In this document: positions 9,816 through 18,586 of the stretch, piece by piece | Layout of the letters: every line of letters begins with the position of its first letter | Numbering within the stretch: position 1 is the stretch's first letter | Assembly (NCBI GenBank): GCA_050287085.1 | Contig: JBNKBE010000029.1 | Span: forward strand, 1 to 64,000 | From: Polyangiaceae bacterium | Lineage (GTDB): Bacteria > Myxococcota_A > Polyangia > Polyangiales > Polyangiaceae | Direction: 5' to 3' | Length of the DNA stretch: 64,000 nt | Notes under the pieces: generated by a model | Databases searched by the model: none | Told to the model about the DNA's origin: nothing | The model's input: only the letters and a program-made list of their open reading frames with translations | Made by a program: the position numbers and the translations under genes

Positions 9816-11066
9816 TCATTGGGCGGCGATCTCCTCTTCGATCAGTTCGAAAACCCCGTGATCGAAAGGCAAGCCTGGGGCGGCCTGGCGCAAGACAACG
9901 CGTTCCCGCTTGCCCCGTTGCCGCATCTCGAGCGAGCGGTGATGGCAGTAGGGATTGTTTCCAGGCTTGCCGAACAAGCTGTGGGTCATCCACGTACAAC
10001 CCCCCTTGCAGACTTCCGCGTAGTAACACGTGCTGCAGAACCCCCAGAGGGACTCCACACCTCGCCCGCGGTTGTAGCGCAGCTTTTCCGACCGCTCCCA
10101 AACATCGCGCAGCGAGCTATCGAGAATGTTGCCGCCCGCCCACTCCTCCGTGTGCAAAGACGGGCAGCCCTTGAGCGTGCCGTCGGCCTCGATGCCGAGG
10201 GTGCTTCGGCCCGCGCCGCAGGAGCCGCCGTGCCCTTGCGGCATGTGGGCGCGGAGCAGATGCTCGTACGGGCCAAAGTAGCCCACGTTGTTGCCCGGAA
10301 AGATGCGTACGCCGCCGGCTTTTGCGCGCGGGATGAGCGCCGCCAGGGTGTCGAATACGGGCGGCAGCTCATAGGGTTGCAGCATTACATCGTGCTGTTC
10401 CACCGCGCGCCCCATGGGCACAGTAAGCTGCAGCTGCCAGCCGTGCACCCTGTACTCGATCATGAGCTCGAGCAGAGCTGGCAGATCGGCGGCGCTCTGC
10501 CGGTTGATCTGCGTATTGACGGAAACTGGCACGCCAGCGCCGCGCAAGTTTCGGAGCGCGCCGAGCGCCGACGTGAAAGATCCTGTTACGCCCCGCAGCC
10601 CGTCGTGGGAGGTTTGCAGGCCGTCGAGCGACACGCTGGTGCTCTGCAGTCCAGCCCGCGCCGCGGCGGCCGCGCGCTCCGGCGTGACGCCGCGGCCGCC
10701 GGTCGTCATCGTGCAGTCCATGCCGAGCCCGCGAATACCGGCGATGAGCTCCGTCCAGTCGTCCCGCAGGTATGCCTCGCCGCCGATCAGAGTGACCTCC
10801 TTGATGCCGAGCTCCGCCATTTGCGCGGCAAGGTCCAAACACTGATCGAGCGTGAGCTCATTGGGGCGTTTTCTCCCCGCGCGGGAGCCACAATGCGAGC
10901 AGGCGAGATCACACTTCAAGGTGATCTCCCAAACCGCGTAGATGGGCCGCGTGCGCACGTCGATGGGGCGCGCCGCTTCCGCCAGAGGCAAATGCCGGCG
11001 CGCGGGTAGAGCCTCCGGAGCGAAAGGGAGCCGCCGCTTGTTTGCCTCGCTGGACTCGGACGCCAT
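9816..11066 (-). CDS. Radical SAM/SPASM peptide maturase, splicease (PlpX-like) clade
   Basis: YAVWEITLKCDLACSHCGSRAG (CxxxCxxC). SPASM region CGAG..GIEADG.LKGCPSL..CSTC..CKGGC..GNNPYCHHR and a C-terminal APGLPFDHG. Confidence 0.88.
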   Translation of the reverse strand: MASESSEANKRRLPFAPEALPARRHLPLAEAARPIDVRTRPIYAVWEITLKCDLACSHCGSRAGRKRPNELTLDQCLDLAAQMAELGIKEVTLIGGEAYLRDDWTELIAGIRGLGMDCTMTTGGRGVTPERAAAAARAGLQSTSVSLDGLQTSHDGLRGVTGSFTSALGALRNLRGAGVPVSVNTQINRQSAADLPALLELMIEYRVHGWQLQLTVPMGRAVEQHDVMLQPYELPPVFDTLAALIPRAKAGGVRIFPGNNVGYFGPYEHLLRAHMPQGHGGSCGAGRSTLGIEADGTLKGCPSLHTEEWAGGNILDSSLRDVWERSEKLRYNRGRGVESLWGFCSTCYYAEVCKGGCTWMTHSLFGKPGNNPYCHHRSLEMRQRGKRERVVLRQAAPGLPFDHGVFELIEEEIAAQ

Positions 11067-11409
11067 CGTCGAACCGTACCTCACAATGGGGGCGTGCTCA
11101 AATGCGCCCACGAAAATGAGCTACGCGTTAGAGTCCGTGCGGTTCTGACGTCGGCGCGCGGCTGCCGCCATCTTCGGTGAGGGCGGGGAGTGCCGCTTCG
11201 AACTGTACCCGATGATGGACCCCAACCCCTGGCTCGAGCATGGGCACATGCCACCTGTTGACCGGACGACGCGAGCCAATGTTTTCCGGAAGACGGCAGG
11301 CGAGGTCGAGAGGCGAATGGTTGTAAAAGGTGAACAATCGTCGCGCTCCGAGGACGTTATTCGCGCGACGGATCCACGTCGGCGCGCCGCGTCCGCGCGC
11401 GGCGCACGA

Positions 11410-11862
11410 GGGCGCGGGTGTCTCCAGTAGCTAGCTCTGCCCCCCCCCCAAAATTGCAGCATCCAGAGTGCCGGAAAAATAGACGAAGTTTGCCAGTCTT
11501 GGTGTTGCGCCGAAGTTCGAGAGATGACCGGGCCTGATCAGAGCTCCGGGGCGCAGCTTAGCTCGTGTGCCGTGGTAGCGCGGCCACTTCGTAACCTCGC
11601 CGAGAATGGTGATGGGCCGAGGGGAGCTTCACGACATCGCCGGATGCGGCGGAGCAGCGTAGTCCGCTTGGCCTTCGGCGTTCTCCGTCGGACCGGAGAC
11701 GGCAACTTCGTAGATCCGGGGCGCATCGTCCCCGTCGGTCAGCTCAGCGGTCCAGATGGCGGCATCCAGATTCGGGCTGAAATAGATATACCCGTCGACT
11801 GGCGCCACTTGTTGTCCGGGGTGGAGGGCTTGCCGAATGCCATAGAAGAACTTTGCGTGCAT
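11410..11862 (-). pseudogene. arr: Tandem-domain rifampin ADP-ribosyltransferase (Arr-like) pseudogene
   Basis: Domain 1: YFSPNLDAAIWTAEL..G..RIYEV. In-frame TGA at 11629-11631. Domain 2: YHGTRAKLRPGALIRPGHLSNFG..ANFVYFSGTLDAAI, then a frameshift in a C10 tract (11440-11449) and truncation. Confidence 0.8.
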
Positions 11863-12078
11863 ATTTGAACGACCCTATCTCTACCCGCTCCTCCCGCACG
11901 CGCAGCTTAATGCATCGTCGAGGAGTGTATCGAGTCCTACTACAACCTCAGAAGACGGCACTCATCTATTGACTATTCCACCCCACCCCATCCCACCCCA
12001 CGGTGCGGGGCTGGGGGCTTGACAGCTCAGCGGGAGCAACGGATAAAGCCAGTCATGAGAAAGGGGAGGGAGCGATCC

Positions 12079-12975
12079 ATGAGTCGCGTACTTGGCATTC
12101 TTCTCGCTGTGGTAACGCCGGCGGTCGCCGTTGCGGCCCTGGAAGAACTCAACGTGTTCAGCGCTGGCGCGCCGATTAAAGCGAGCGACATCAACGCGAA
12201 TTTCAAGGAGCTTCGGGCGGCGCACGAGGCCTTGGTTGCCGAGGTCGCACAACTCGGGGCAGAGCTGGAGGCCAAGGTCAGTATCGTCGGTGAGAACGTT
12301 GTGCTCTACGTTCCGGACGACTATCCGACGCCTCACGCTGCGCTGGCGACCGTGGCTAACAAGCGAATCGCCGAGGGCGCTTCGGTGACCATCCAGATCA
12401 CCGAGTCTGTGACCGGCCTAGGGCCCCTGGAGATCACGCACCCGGACGCGGCACGGATAGCTATTCGCGGCGCGGGGCGTGGGGGAACAACCCTCGGGTT
12501 TACGGATAGCGGCATTCTCGTGCGGGGTACGCGGCTCGGCTTGATTGACGGTCTGACCTTGAGCGGTCCGATAGGCACCGATGTTGAGTCCTACGGCCTG
12601 AAAGCTGACGCTCTGGCGTGGGTTGCGGCTGGCCCAGACTTCGCCGTCAAGGGCTTTGGCCGCGCATACGTGGCGGGCCAAGCAAGCGTTCTGGTCGTCA
12701 ACGATAGCTTCGCGGAGGACGCCGACTTGGGCTATTCGGCGGTTGGCGGAACCATTCTCGCGGATCGCATGCGTGCGATTGGGACGCGTCAGGCCGTGCT
12801 GGCGCGATACGGGGGCTTCGTTCGTGCGCGCGATGCCGTAGTCGCCGACTCTCCCGAGGGCCTATTGGCTGAGGGCGGTTCGACGATCCAGACCGGCGGC
12901 GCGGGCGTCGCAACGGAGCTATACGATCCTCCATTGAACACACCGACGGACAAGAATGCCTGCATTTTCAACTGA
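12079..12975 (+). CDS. Secreted protein with FxAG..ASxINANF motif, coiled coil and pectin-lyase-like beta-helix repeats
   Basis: Signal peptide; NVFSAGAPIKASDINANF; LYVPDDYPT; Gly/Ala-rich beta-strand repeats. RBS-like GGAGG upstream. Confidence 0.65.
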   Translation: MSRVLGILLAVVTPAVAVAALEELNVFSAGAPIKASDINANFKELRAAHEALVAEVAQLGAELEAKVSIVGENVVLYVPDDYPTPHAALATVANKRIAEGASVTIQITESVTGLGPLEITHPDAARIAIRGAGRGGTTLGFTDSGILVRGTRLGLIDGLTLSGPIGTDVESYGLKADALAWVAAGPDFAVKGFGRAYVAGQASVLVVNDSFAEDADLGYSAVGGTILADRMRAIGTRQAVLARYGGFVRARDAVVADSPEGLLAEGGSTIQTGGAGVATELYDPPLNTPTDKNACIFN

Positions 12976-13024
12976 GCTCGCTGCGGGCGAGAGAAGCGTT
13001 CGGAGCCGAGCCAGGGCGTTTTGG

Positions 13025-14353
13025 ATGACGTCGCTGCTGGTGATGCAGTTCGGCGGGATTGGCTGTAACGAGATCGATGCGGGTAAGTCGTCACCGTCGG
13101 GCGAAGGGGGTGCCGGGGCCGTAGCGGCGGGTGTGGGGGGTGTCGAGCAGGATTCGGGTGTCGAGCAGGCTTCGGGTGTCGAGCAGGATTCGGGTGTCGA
13201 CGGCGGAGGCGTGGCGGAGGTGGGCGGGCCCGACGAACCTTCGTGCGAACTTTTTGGCCCGGAGGCGACGGCCACGTCCCCTGCGGGCTGGTCAGTGGAG
13301 TACTTGGCGGCAGGGCAGAAGCAGTATCTGGGGTCTCCGAGCATCGCTCGCTCAAACAGCGGCGCGCTGGTGGTCTCGCATGACGTCTTCGGCGCTGGAG
13401 AGCGAGACGCGCCGCCGACGCGCGTTCACCGAGCGGTCGACACAGACGATGATTGGCAGACTGTTGCCGAGGTGGAGGGACAGTTCTGGTCGTCGATCTT
13501 CGAGCATCGCGGCGCCCTGTATCTGCTCGGCACGCGTGCAAAGTACAGCGATCTGATCATACGCCGCTCGGACGACGATGGGTCGACGTGGACGACTCCG
13601 TCGGACGGAACGCACGGGCTGTTGCGATCCGGCATGTACCACACCGCACCCATGCCGCTGGTCGAGCACGGGGGGCGGGTCTGGCGCAGCGTCGAGGTGG
13701 TGACAGACGCTAGCACGTGGGGCAATTTCGACGCCGCCGTGATGTGGGCGGACGCGGAGGCTGATCTGTTGTCCGCGGACAGCTGGACGCTGACGAATAC
13801 GCTGCCACGAGCTAGCGTTTCGCAAGCTTGGCTCGAGGGAAACGTCGTCGTGGGCGCCGACGGGCAGCTCCGCAACGTTATGCGCTTCGATGCGCCTGCG
13901 CCGCCCGAAGAGGCGATCATCATCGACCTCTTGAATCAAGAACGGACGCCGCAGCTCTCGCCCGGTTTCCGGACTGCGCTCATGCCAGGTGGAGCGAAGA
14001 AGTTCACGATCCGGTTCGACCCGGAGACTGAGCGCTTCATCGCCCTGGTGAACCCCTCCGGTACCATCCATGAGCGCGCGCAGTACATACGGAATCGTCT
14101 GATGATCGCGTCGTCGGGAGATCTGCTCACCTGGGAGCTGCACAAGACGCTGCTCTTCCACGAAGACCGCGCGACCCATGGCTTTCAGTACGCCGATTGG
14201 ATCACGGACGGGGCGGACATGCTGTTCGTATCCCGTACGGCGGCGGACTCTCCCGATGGTTCCGCCGCTAGCTACCACAACGCGAACTACGTCACTTTCC
14301 ACCGCCTAGCTGGCTTCCGAGACTGCCTCTTGCTGAGCGAGAATGTCGAATAG
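13025..14353 (+). CDS. Sialidase/BNR beta-propeller lipoprotein
   Basis: GGIGC lipobox; YLGSPSI; Asp-box RRSDDDGSTWT; WLEGN; GGAKKFTIRFDP; HGFQYADW. Confidence 0.8.
   Translation: MTSLLVMQFGGIGCNEIDAGKSSPSGEGGAGAVAAGVGGVEQDSGVEQASGVEQDSGVDGGGVAEVGGPDEPSCELFGPEATATSPAGWSVEYLAAGQKQYLGSPSIARSNSGALVVSHDVFGAGERDAPPTRVHRAVDTDDDWQTVAEVEGQFWSSIFEHRGALYLLGTRAKYSDLIIRRSDDDGSTWTTPSDGTHGLLRSGMYHTAPMPLVEHGGRVWRSVEVVTDASTWGNFDAAVMWADAEADLLSADSWTLTNTLPRASVSQAWLEGNVVVGADGQLRNVMRFDAPAPPEEAIIIDLLNQERTPQLSPGFRTALMPGGAKKFTIRFDPETERFIALVNPSGTIHERAQYIRNRLMIASSGDLLTWELHKTLLFHEDRATHGFQYADWITDGADMLFVSRTAADSPDGSAASYHNANYVTFHRLAGFRDCLLLSENVE
13139..13200 (+). repeat. 18-bp coding tandem repeat (GVEQ[D/A]S x3)
   Basis: GGTGTCGAGCAGG[A/C]TTCG repeated three times plus a partial copy. 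Confidence 0.85.
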
Positions 14354-14446
14354 CAGGAGGGAAGCGCGGGGACCGATGCAGGTTACCCCCGCCGTACTTC
14401 ACTGCCCACTTTGTGGCGCGCGTTCTTGGCGAGGGGCCATTGTGGG

Positions 14447-15286
14447 TTAATACCGAGGCGCGTCGCTTCGCCCTCCTGAGGCGGGCAGGTTCGGGTACGG
14501 GCGGTACCCGCTCCAAAGAATGTCGCATGCGTGCATCTCCGCGTCTGCCCCACCACTTGTTGTCCGCTGCCCGATCACCAGCAGCTCACGATCTCGCACT
14601 AGCAGTTGCGCGCCCGCGAGCTGACGAGGTTCGTTCATCACCCACCGGGGATGACCATTGGTCACCACGGCCAGAAAGTGACCGGCGCAGTCGGGGTCGA
14701 GCATCCAGACATCCGTGAGGAAGAGCGGGCCCCGCGCGACGATGGCGCAGGTTGCGCCGCCGGGCGTGACCTTGTGGCACGAGAACGGGATGTGCTCCGC
14801 CCCTGGCGAGAAGATCCCGTCGACGATTCGCGACGGATCGGTGGCCGCGTTAGCGGTCTTCAGCACCTCCTGCGCTGGCGCTTGGAGCAGCGGCGGCGCC
14901 TCGCTTGTTGTGCGAACTGGCGCCGCGGCTGCTGCTGGAGTCGTCGCAGTGGGCGCCGCACTCGCGTCTGTCGACTGGAGCAGCACGAGCGCCTCACCCA
15001 GCGGCTTCGTGTAGTCGGAGGCGCCCGGGAGCCGGGTGACCAGCTCTGCGGCTGCAACGAACTTTTTCACGTTCTCCGGGGAGTTCTGATCGCGCGCGGC
15101 CGCCAGATCGGCCGTGGCTCGTGCTTTGTCTCCTTCGACGTAGTGAACCATACCGTCGACGACGCGATCGCAGGCGTGAAGTCCCGTCGCCTGACAGCGC
15201 TCTTCGAGCGGTTGCCGGAGCACGAGACCAGCGGAAACGCAGCTCATGCACAGGAGGGCCGACGGGACCAGGGTGAATTGGCGCAT
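14447..15286 (-). CDS. Hypothetical lipoprotein
   Basis: MRQFTLVPSALLCMSC lipobox. The upstream extension of the ORF is only repeat read-through. Confidence 0.65.
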   Translation of the reverse strand: MRQFTLVPSALLCMSCVSAGLVLRQPLEERCQATGLHACDRVVDGMVHYVEGDKARATADLAAARDQNSPENVKKFVAAAELVTRLPGASDYTKPLGEALVLLQSTDASAAPTATTPAAAAAPVRTTSEAPPLLQAPAQEVLKTANAATDPSRIVDGIFSPGAEHIPFSCHKVTPGGATCAIVARGPLFLTDVWMLDPDCAGHFLAVVTNGHPRWVMNEPRQLAGAQLLVRDRELLVIGQRTTSGGADAEMHACDILWSGYRPYPNLPASGGRSDAPRY

Positions 15287-15556
15287 GGCGCGAACTCTAG
15301 TGCTCCGTCTCAGGAAAATCGATCGATTGGTCGTCAATCGAGCGGGGGCAGCTGAGCTGGCCCTAGGAGCAGGATGATCGAGCGGGGCAACGCCGGGTGA
15401 GCGGCTGATGAAAGCGCGAACCTGGTATGCACCCGAACGATGGACAGGGAAGCGCATCCCGCTCGTCGTTGGCCACGTGGCGGCCGAGGTAGGGTTACTG
15501 ACGTCGCTGGGACGTCGGCTGCACTGTACGCCCCGGAGTGCTACGAGTCCTCTCCA

Positions 15557-15684
15557 GCGACGTCGGGCGCTGCGACGTCGGGCGCTGCGACGTCGGGTGC
15601 TGCGACGTCGGGTGCTGCGACGGCGGTGCTGCGACGGCGGTGCTGCGACGGCGGTGCTGCGACGGCGGTGCTGCGACGTCGGGT
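15557..15684. repeat. Tandem repeat: 4 x 15 bp (GCGACGTCGGGYGCT), then 4 x 14 bp (GCGACGGCGGTGCT), then a partial unit
   Basis: Read directly from the sequence. Intergenic. Confidence 0.9.
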
Positions 15685-15859
15685 GTCCCGTCGCCTGTAC
15701 CCTGCTGCGTGGCAGCGTCACCTTTGGACGCCGCAGCGCTCAGAGTTTGACTGTCACCTGGCTCGAGCGCGCTCGCGTCGATCCAGGTCCGAACTACACC
15801 CGGCTCCGCGCCCTCGTCCGGGCTGAAGGAGAGCCACGGCTCATCGGCACGTACCGTCC

Positions 15860-16214
15860 CATCGAGGTCTTCGCCTTCAACTTCAAAGCTGGGGCCAGGC
15901 GCGCGCGTCTGGCCTTGCCGCGCGTGAGCGACCAGCTCTTCAGGGCGTGCCCGTCAACCGGTCGAGGACGCACCGCCCGCCACCAGCGCAGGGTGACCAG
16001 CTGGAGCTGCTGGCCGAAGACGAAGACCGTGCACCCCAAGCACTCCGTCATCGCTGGGCCTGGTTGTTCACGCACATCTTCGCTGCGGATCTGGAGTGTT
16101 GCTCTCGATGCGGCGGTGCCATGCGATGGGCCGAGGTTCCGAAGACCGAGAGAGCACGGGACTCCAACAGCGCTCCCGGCCCGGGGTACCAGGTTCGCAG
16201 GACGCCCTTTTTGC
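15860..16214 (+). mobile_element. IS91-family (Y2 rolling-circle) transposase 3' remnant
   Basis: HRWAWLFTHIFAADLECCSRCGGAMR matches the W.xL.xxF.xD.xxCxxCGGxM zinc motif at the C-terminus of IS91-type transposases. Confidence 0.65.
16130..16214 (+). repeat. Approx. 85-bp direct repeat, copy 1
   Basis: GCCGAGGTTCCGAAGACCGAG...GGTACCAGGTTCGCAG.ACGCCCTTTT, repeated at 16826-16910. Confidence 0.9.
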
Positions 16215-16472
16215 CCACTTCGAGCATCCGACTCCCCAGGGGACGGTCGCGCGGTGCCTGGTCGCTGAAATCCGGGCCCGAACGGGGCGGACCCGTGCGG
16301 CCTGCGCCGTTTCAAACGCTTGTGGCTCGACATGACGCTTGGGGCGTGTGGCGCGTCGCCGAGCGGCGACTGAGCGAGCTGGACCAAGACCCGAGCGATC
16401 GAGCGAGCGAGCGCTGAGCCCGTCGGATACAGTAGATCCCAAGCACGCCCGTTCTTATTATGGGTCACCCCA

Positions 16473-16826
16473 ATGAAGTCGGAAGTCGAGCCCACCGATC
16501 GTTTGAGTGACTACCTCGTCGCGGTGACCCTCTACATTCAAGGTGGACGAGAACTCGAATTTCACGACTTCGAAACCCGAGCCCTCGCGCTCGTTGTTCG
16601 GCATGGGGGCGAGCTCGTCCGAGCGGTGCGCTTGTCGAACGAGCCCCGAGATGAAGCCGCGCCCTACGAATTTCACTTGCTCGCGTTCCCGTCCAAGGAT
16701 GCCTTCGAAACGTTCATGGCCGATCCAGAGCGTGCGCAGCTGCGTGAATTCGGTGCCATGGCCATTTGCAAGACCGAGCTCATCGCCGGTTTCGATTGTT
16801 CCGAGATCTATCGACAAGGACAATAG
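16473..16826 (+). CDS. DUF1330-like (dimeric alpha-beta barrel) protein
   Basis: F..FE..AL.LV.RHGGE...PYEFHLLAFPS..AFE.FMADPER. Confidence 0.7.
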   Translation: MKSEVEPTDRLSDYLVAVTLYIQGGRELEFHDFETRALALVVRHGGELVRAVRLSNEPRDEAAPYEFHLLAFPSKDAFETFMADPERAQLREFGAMAICKTELIAGFDCSEIYRQGQ

Positions 16827-16910
16827 CCGAGGTTCCGAAGACCGAGGGAGCACGGGACGCCAACAGCGCTCCCGGCCCGGGGTACCAGGTTCGCAGTACG
16901 CCCTTTTGCC
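16826..16910 (+). repeat. Approx. 85-bp direct repeat, copy 2
   Basis: Near-identical to 16130-16214. Confidence 0.9.
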
Positions 16911-16984
16911 AGTTCGATTGTCCTATGCACCGACTCCGTTCGTGAACTGTTTGACGGCCCCTGCTCCAAGGCTACGCTTCCGCC

Positions 16985-17632
16985 ATGAAAGTGAACTCCT
17001 TAAATCTTACTATGGTTCCTTTTCTTGCTGTCTTCGTGATGGGTTGCTCATCCGAGGCGGATGACCCGGAAACAGAGCCTGCCACTGGAAGTGGCGCCGC
17101 AACTCAGTCAGGGGCGGGTGGTGTGTCCGGCGACCCGACTGGCAGTACTGGTGGCGCTGCAAGTCAATCGGGCTCAGGCGGCACAGCAGAGCCGAAGGAT
17201 GCCGGGTTGACCGGCGATCACGCGGGGCTGATCAAACAGTGCGTGGCGGCGTGTGAGAATTTCTACTCCACCTGCCCCAACCCGAATAGCGTGGAGTGCA
17301 CCTCCGTCTGCGAGGAGTGGCATCAGCCTCTCGCCGCCGAATGCTATCCGCTCCGAGAAGCCTACATGGCGTGCATCGCCCAATACCCTTCCGCCTGTCA
17401 GGCTTCGGATTGGGGGTATCTCCTCGAGGACAAGTGTGATCCCGAACCGCAGAATCGCTGCTGGCAAGCAGAGGGCAAAGATTGCGCGCGACGAGACGAG
17501 TACGCCGTGTCCTGCGGCGGGAGCTTCAGCTACATCTGTCAGGAAGGGCGAGCTCCCGCAGAGTGCAGAGACCAGGAGAGCGACATTAGCCCCGGACTGT
17601 ACTGCTGCGACAACGGTGAGCTGTTCCAATGA
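16985..17632 (+). CDS. Cys-rich lipoprotein
   Basis: VFVMGC lipobox, Gly/Ser linker, many Cys in the C-terminal half. Confidence 0.7.
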   Translation: MKVNSLNLTMVPFLAVFVMGCSSEADDPETEPATGSGAATQSGAGGVSGDPTGSTGGAASQSGSGGTAEPKDAGLTGDHAGLIKQCVAACENFYSTCPNPNSVECTSVCEEWHQPLAAECYPLREAYMACIAQYPSACQASDWGYLLEDKCDPEPQNRCWQAEGKDCARRDEYAVSCGGSFSYICQEGRAPAECRDQESDISPGLYCCDNGELFQ

Positions 17633-17889
17633 TGGGCTCCGCGAGTCAAGCCGACGATGATGCGAAAGGAAGACTACCAAGCAACCGTGCCGGCGTTTAG
17701 CCGGCACCTCACCGGGCCTGACAGCAAGGCGAGGCGCCACAGCCTGCTCGTCGGTGTGCAATGGCCTGCTAGAACGCGAGCGGATGCGCGTGTAGATCTG
17801 CGACGGCGGCGGAGGCGAGTTGCTCAGGCGTGCTCACTCGGAAAGGCGCCTTCGCATGGAGTTTCGTGGGGAGCCCTCAGATCGGCGTG

Positions 17890-18492
17890 TTAGCCAGCCC
17901 TGCGCCTACTCTTCGCCGCTTCCTCGGTGATCCGTAGCTGCTCGAGCAGCGCTCCGTCCGCCGACAGGAAGCAGATGCGAAGCACGTGTGGCTCTCTGCC
18001 GACAACAACATTGCCGTCGGAGTCGAACAGGCACCCAGTGCGCGTCTGTGATGTCCAGCCGCGCGAGCGAAGGCCAGTCTTCGCCTCCTCAATCAGGGCG
18101 GACGCTTGGGCGTGTGTGTTCTTCAAAGCCGGCGTGGACGAGAAGTACGGTGAGAGCGGGGCGGTCGGGTCAAGCCACTCGACAAGACGCGGGTGGTGGT
18201 CCACGGTTCGGTCAGGGAAGGCGTAGGGCTCCGCCATTGCGGGTTCCGGGACGGCGGGCTTCCCCTCTGGTAGGGGTCGTACTGCAGGGGATTGCTTTGG
18301 CACTACCGCAATGCGCCCGGATTCCGCCGCGGCGCGGTCGTCTGTCGCGGCGTGGTCGTCTGTCGCGGCGTGGCCGTCTGTCGCGGCGTGGCCGTCTGTG
18401 GCACTGTGCGGCTGCGAGAGCGTAGGGCGATGGCACGAGACGACGGAACCGAGTGCGACGCTTCGCATGAGGTGTCTGATCGAGGCATGCAT
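17890..18492 (-). CDS. Lipoprotein-like cassette gene, probably chimeric
   Basis: Starts just after attC 18512-18586, and its stop lies in GGCTAAC (R'' pattern). 18-bp repeat x4 (ATDGHA) at 18329-18400. The C-terminus resembles that of 1115..1600. Confidence 0.5.
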   Translation of the reverse strand: MHASIRHLMRSVALGSVVSCHRPTLSQPHSATDGHAATDGHAATDDHAATDDRAAAESGRIAVVPKQSPAVRPLPEGKPAVPEPAMAEPYAFPDRTVDHHPRLVEWLDPTAPLSPYFSSTPALKNTHAQASALIEEAKTGLRSRGWTSQTRTGCLFDSDGNVVVGREPHVLRICFLSADGALLEQLRITEEAAKSRRRAG

Positions 18493-18511
18493 TCAACGTC
18501 CTGGAGTGTCT

Positions 18512-18586
18512 GGCCAACGTAGCAGGTTTCAGCTCCGCCGACCGAGCGAACGCGAGGTCGGCGTCTGCTGCGAACCGGAGTTGGGA
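18512..18586 (-). other. attC site (short)
   Basis: Minus strand reads CCCAAC TCCGG TTCGCAGC AGAC GCCGACC..GGTCGGC GGA GCTGAAA CCTGCTAC GTTGGCC. Confidence 0.75.

Noticed and set aside
9696..11009. 437-aa plus-strand ORF
   Set aside because: Antisense shadow of the radical SAM gene with no motifs; typical of high-GC DNA.
11440..11453. C10 tract as a phase-variation switch for arr
   Set aside because: The gene also has an upstream in-frame stop and a 3' truncation, so slippage alone could not restore it.
15408..16495. Long ORFs 15408..16268 (+) and 15794..16495 (-)
   Set aside because: Translations of the tandem repeat and IS91 relic; Arg-rich with no coherent domain.
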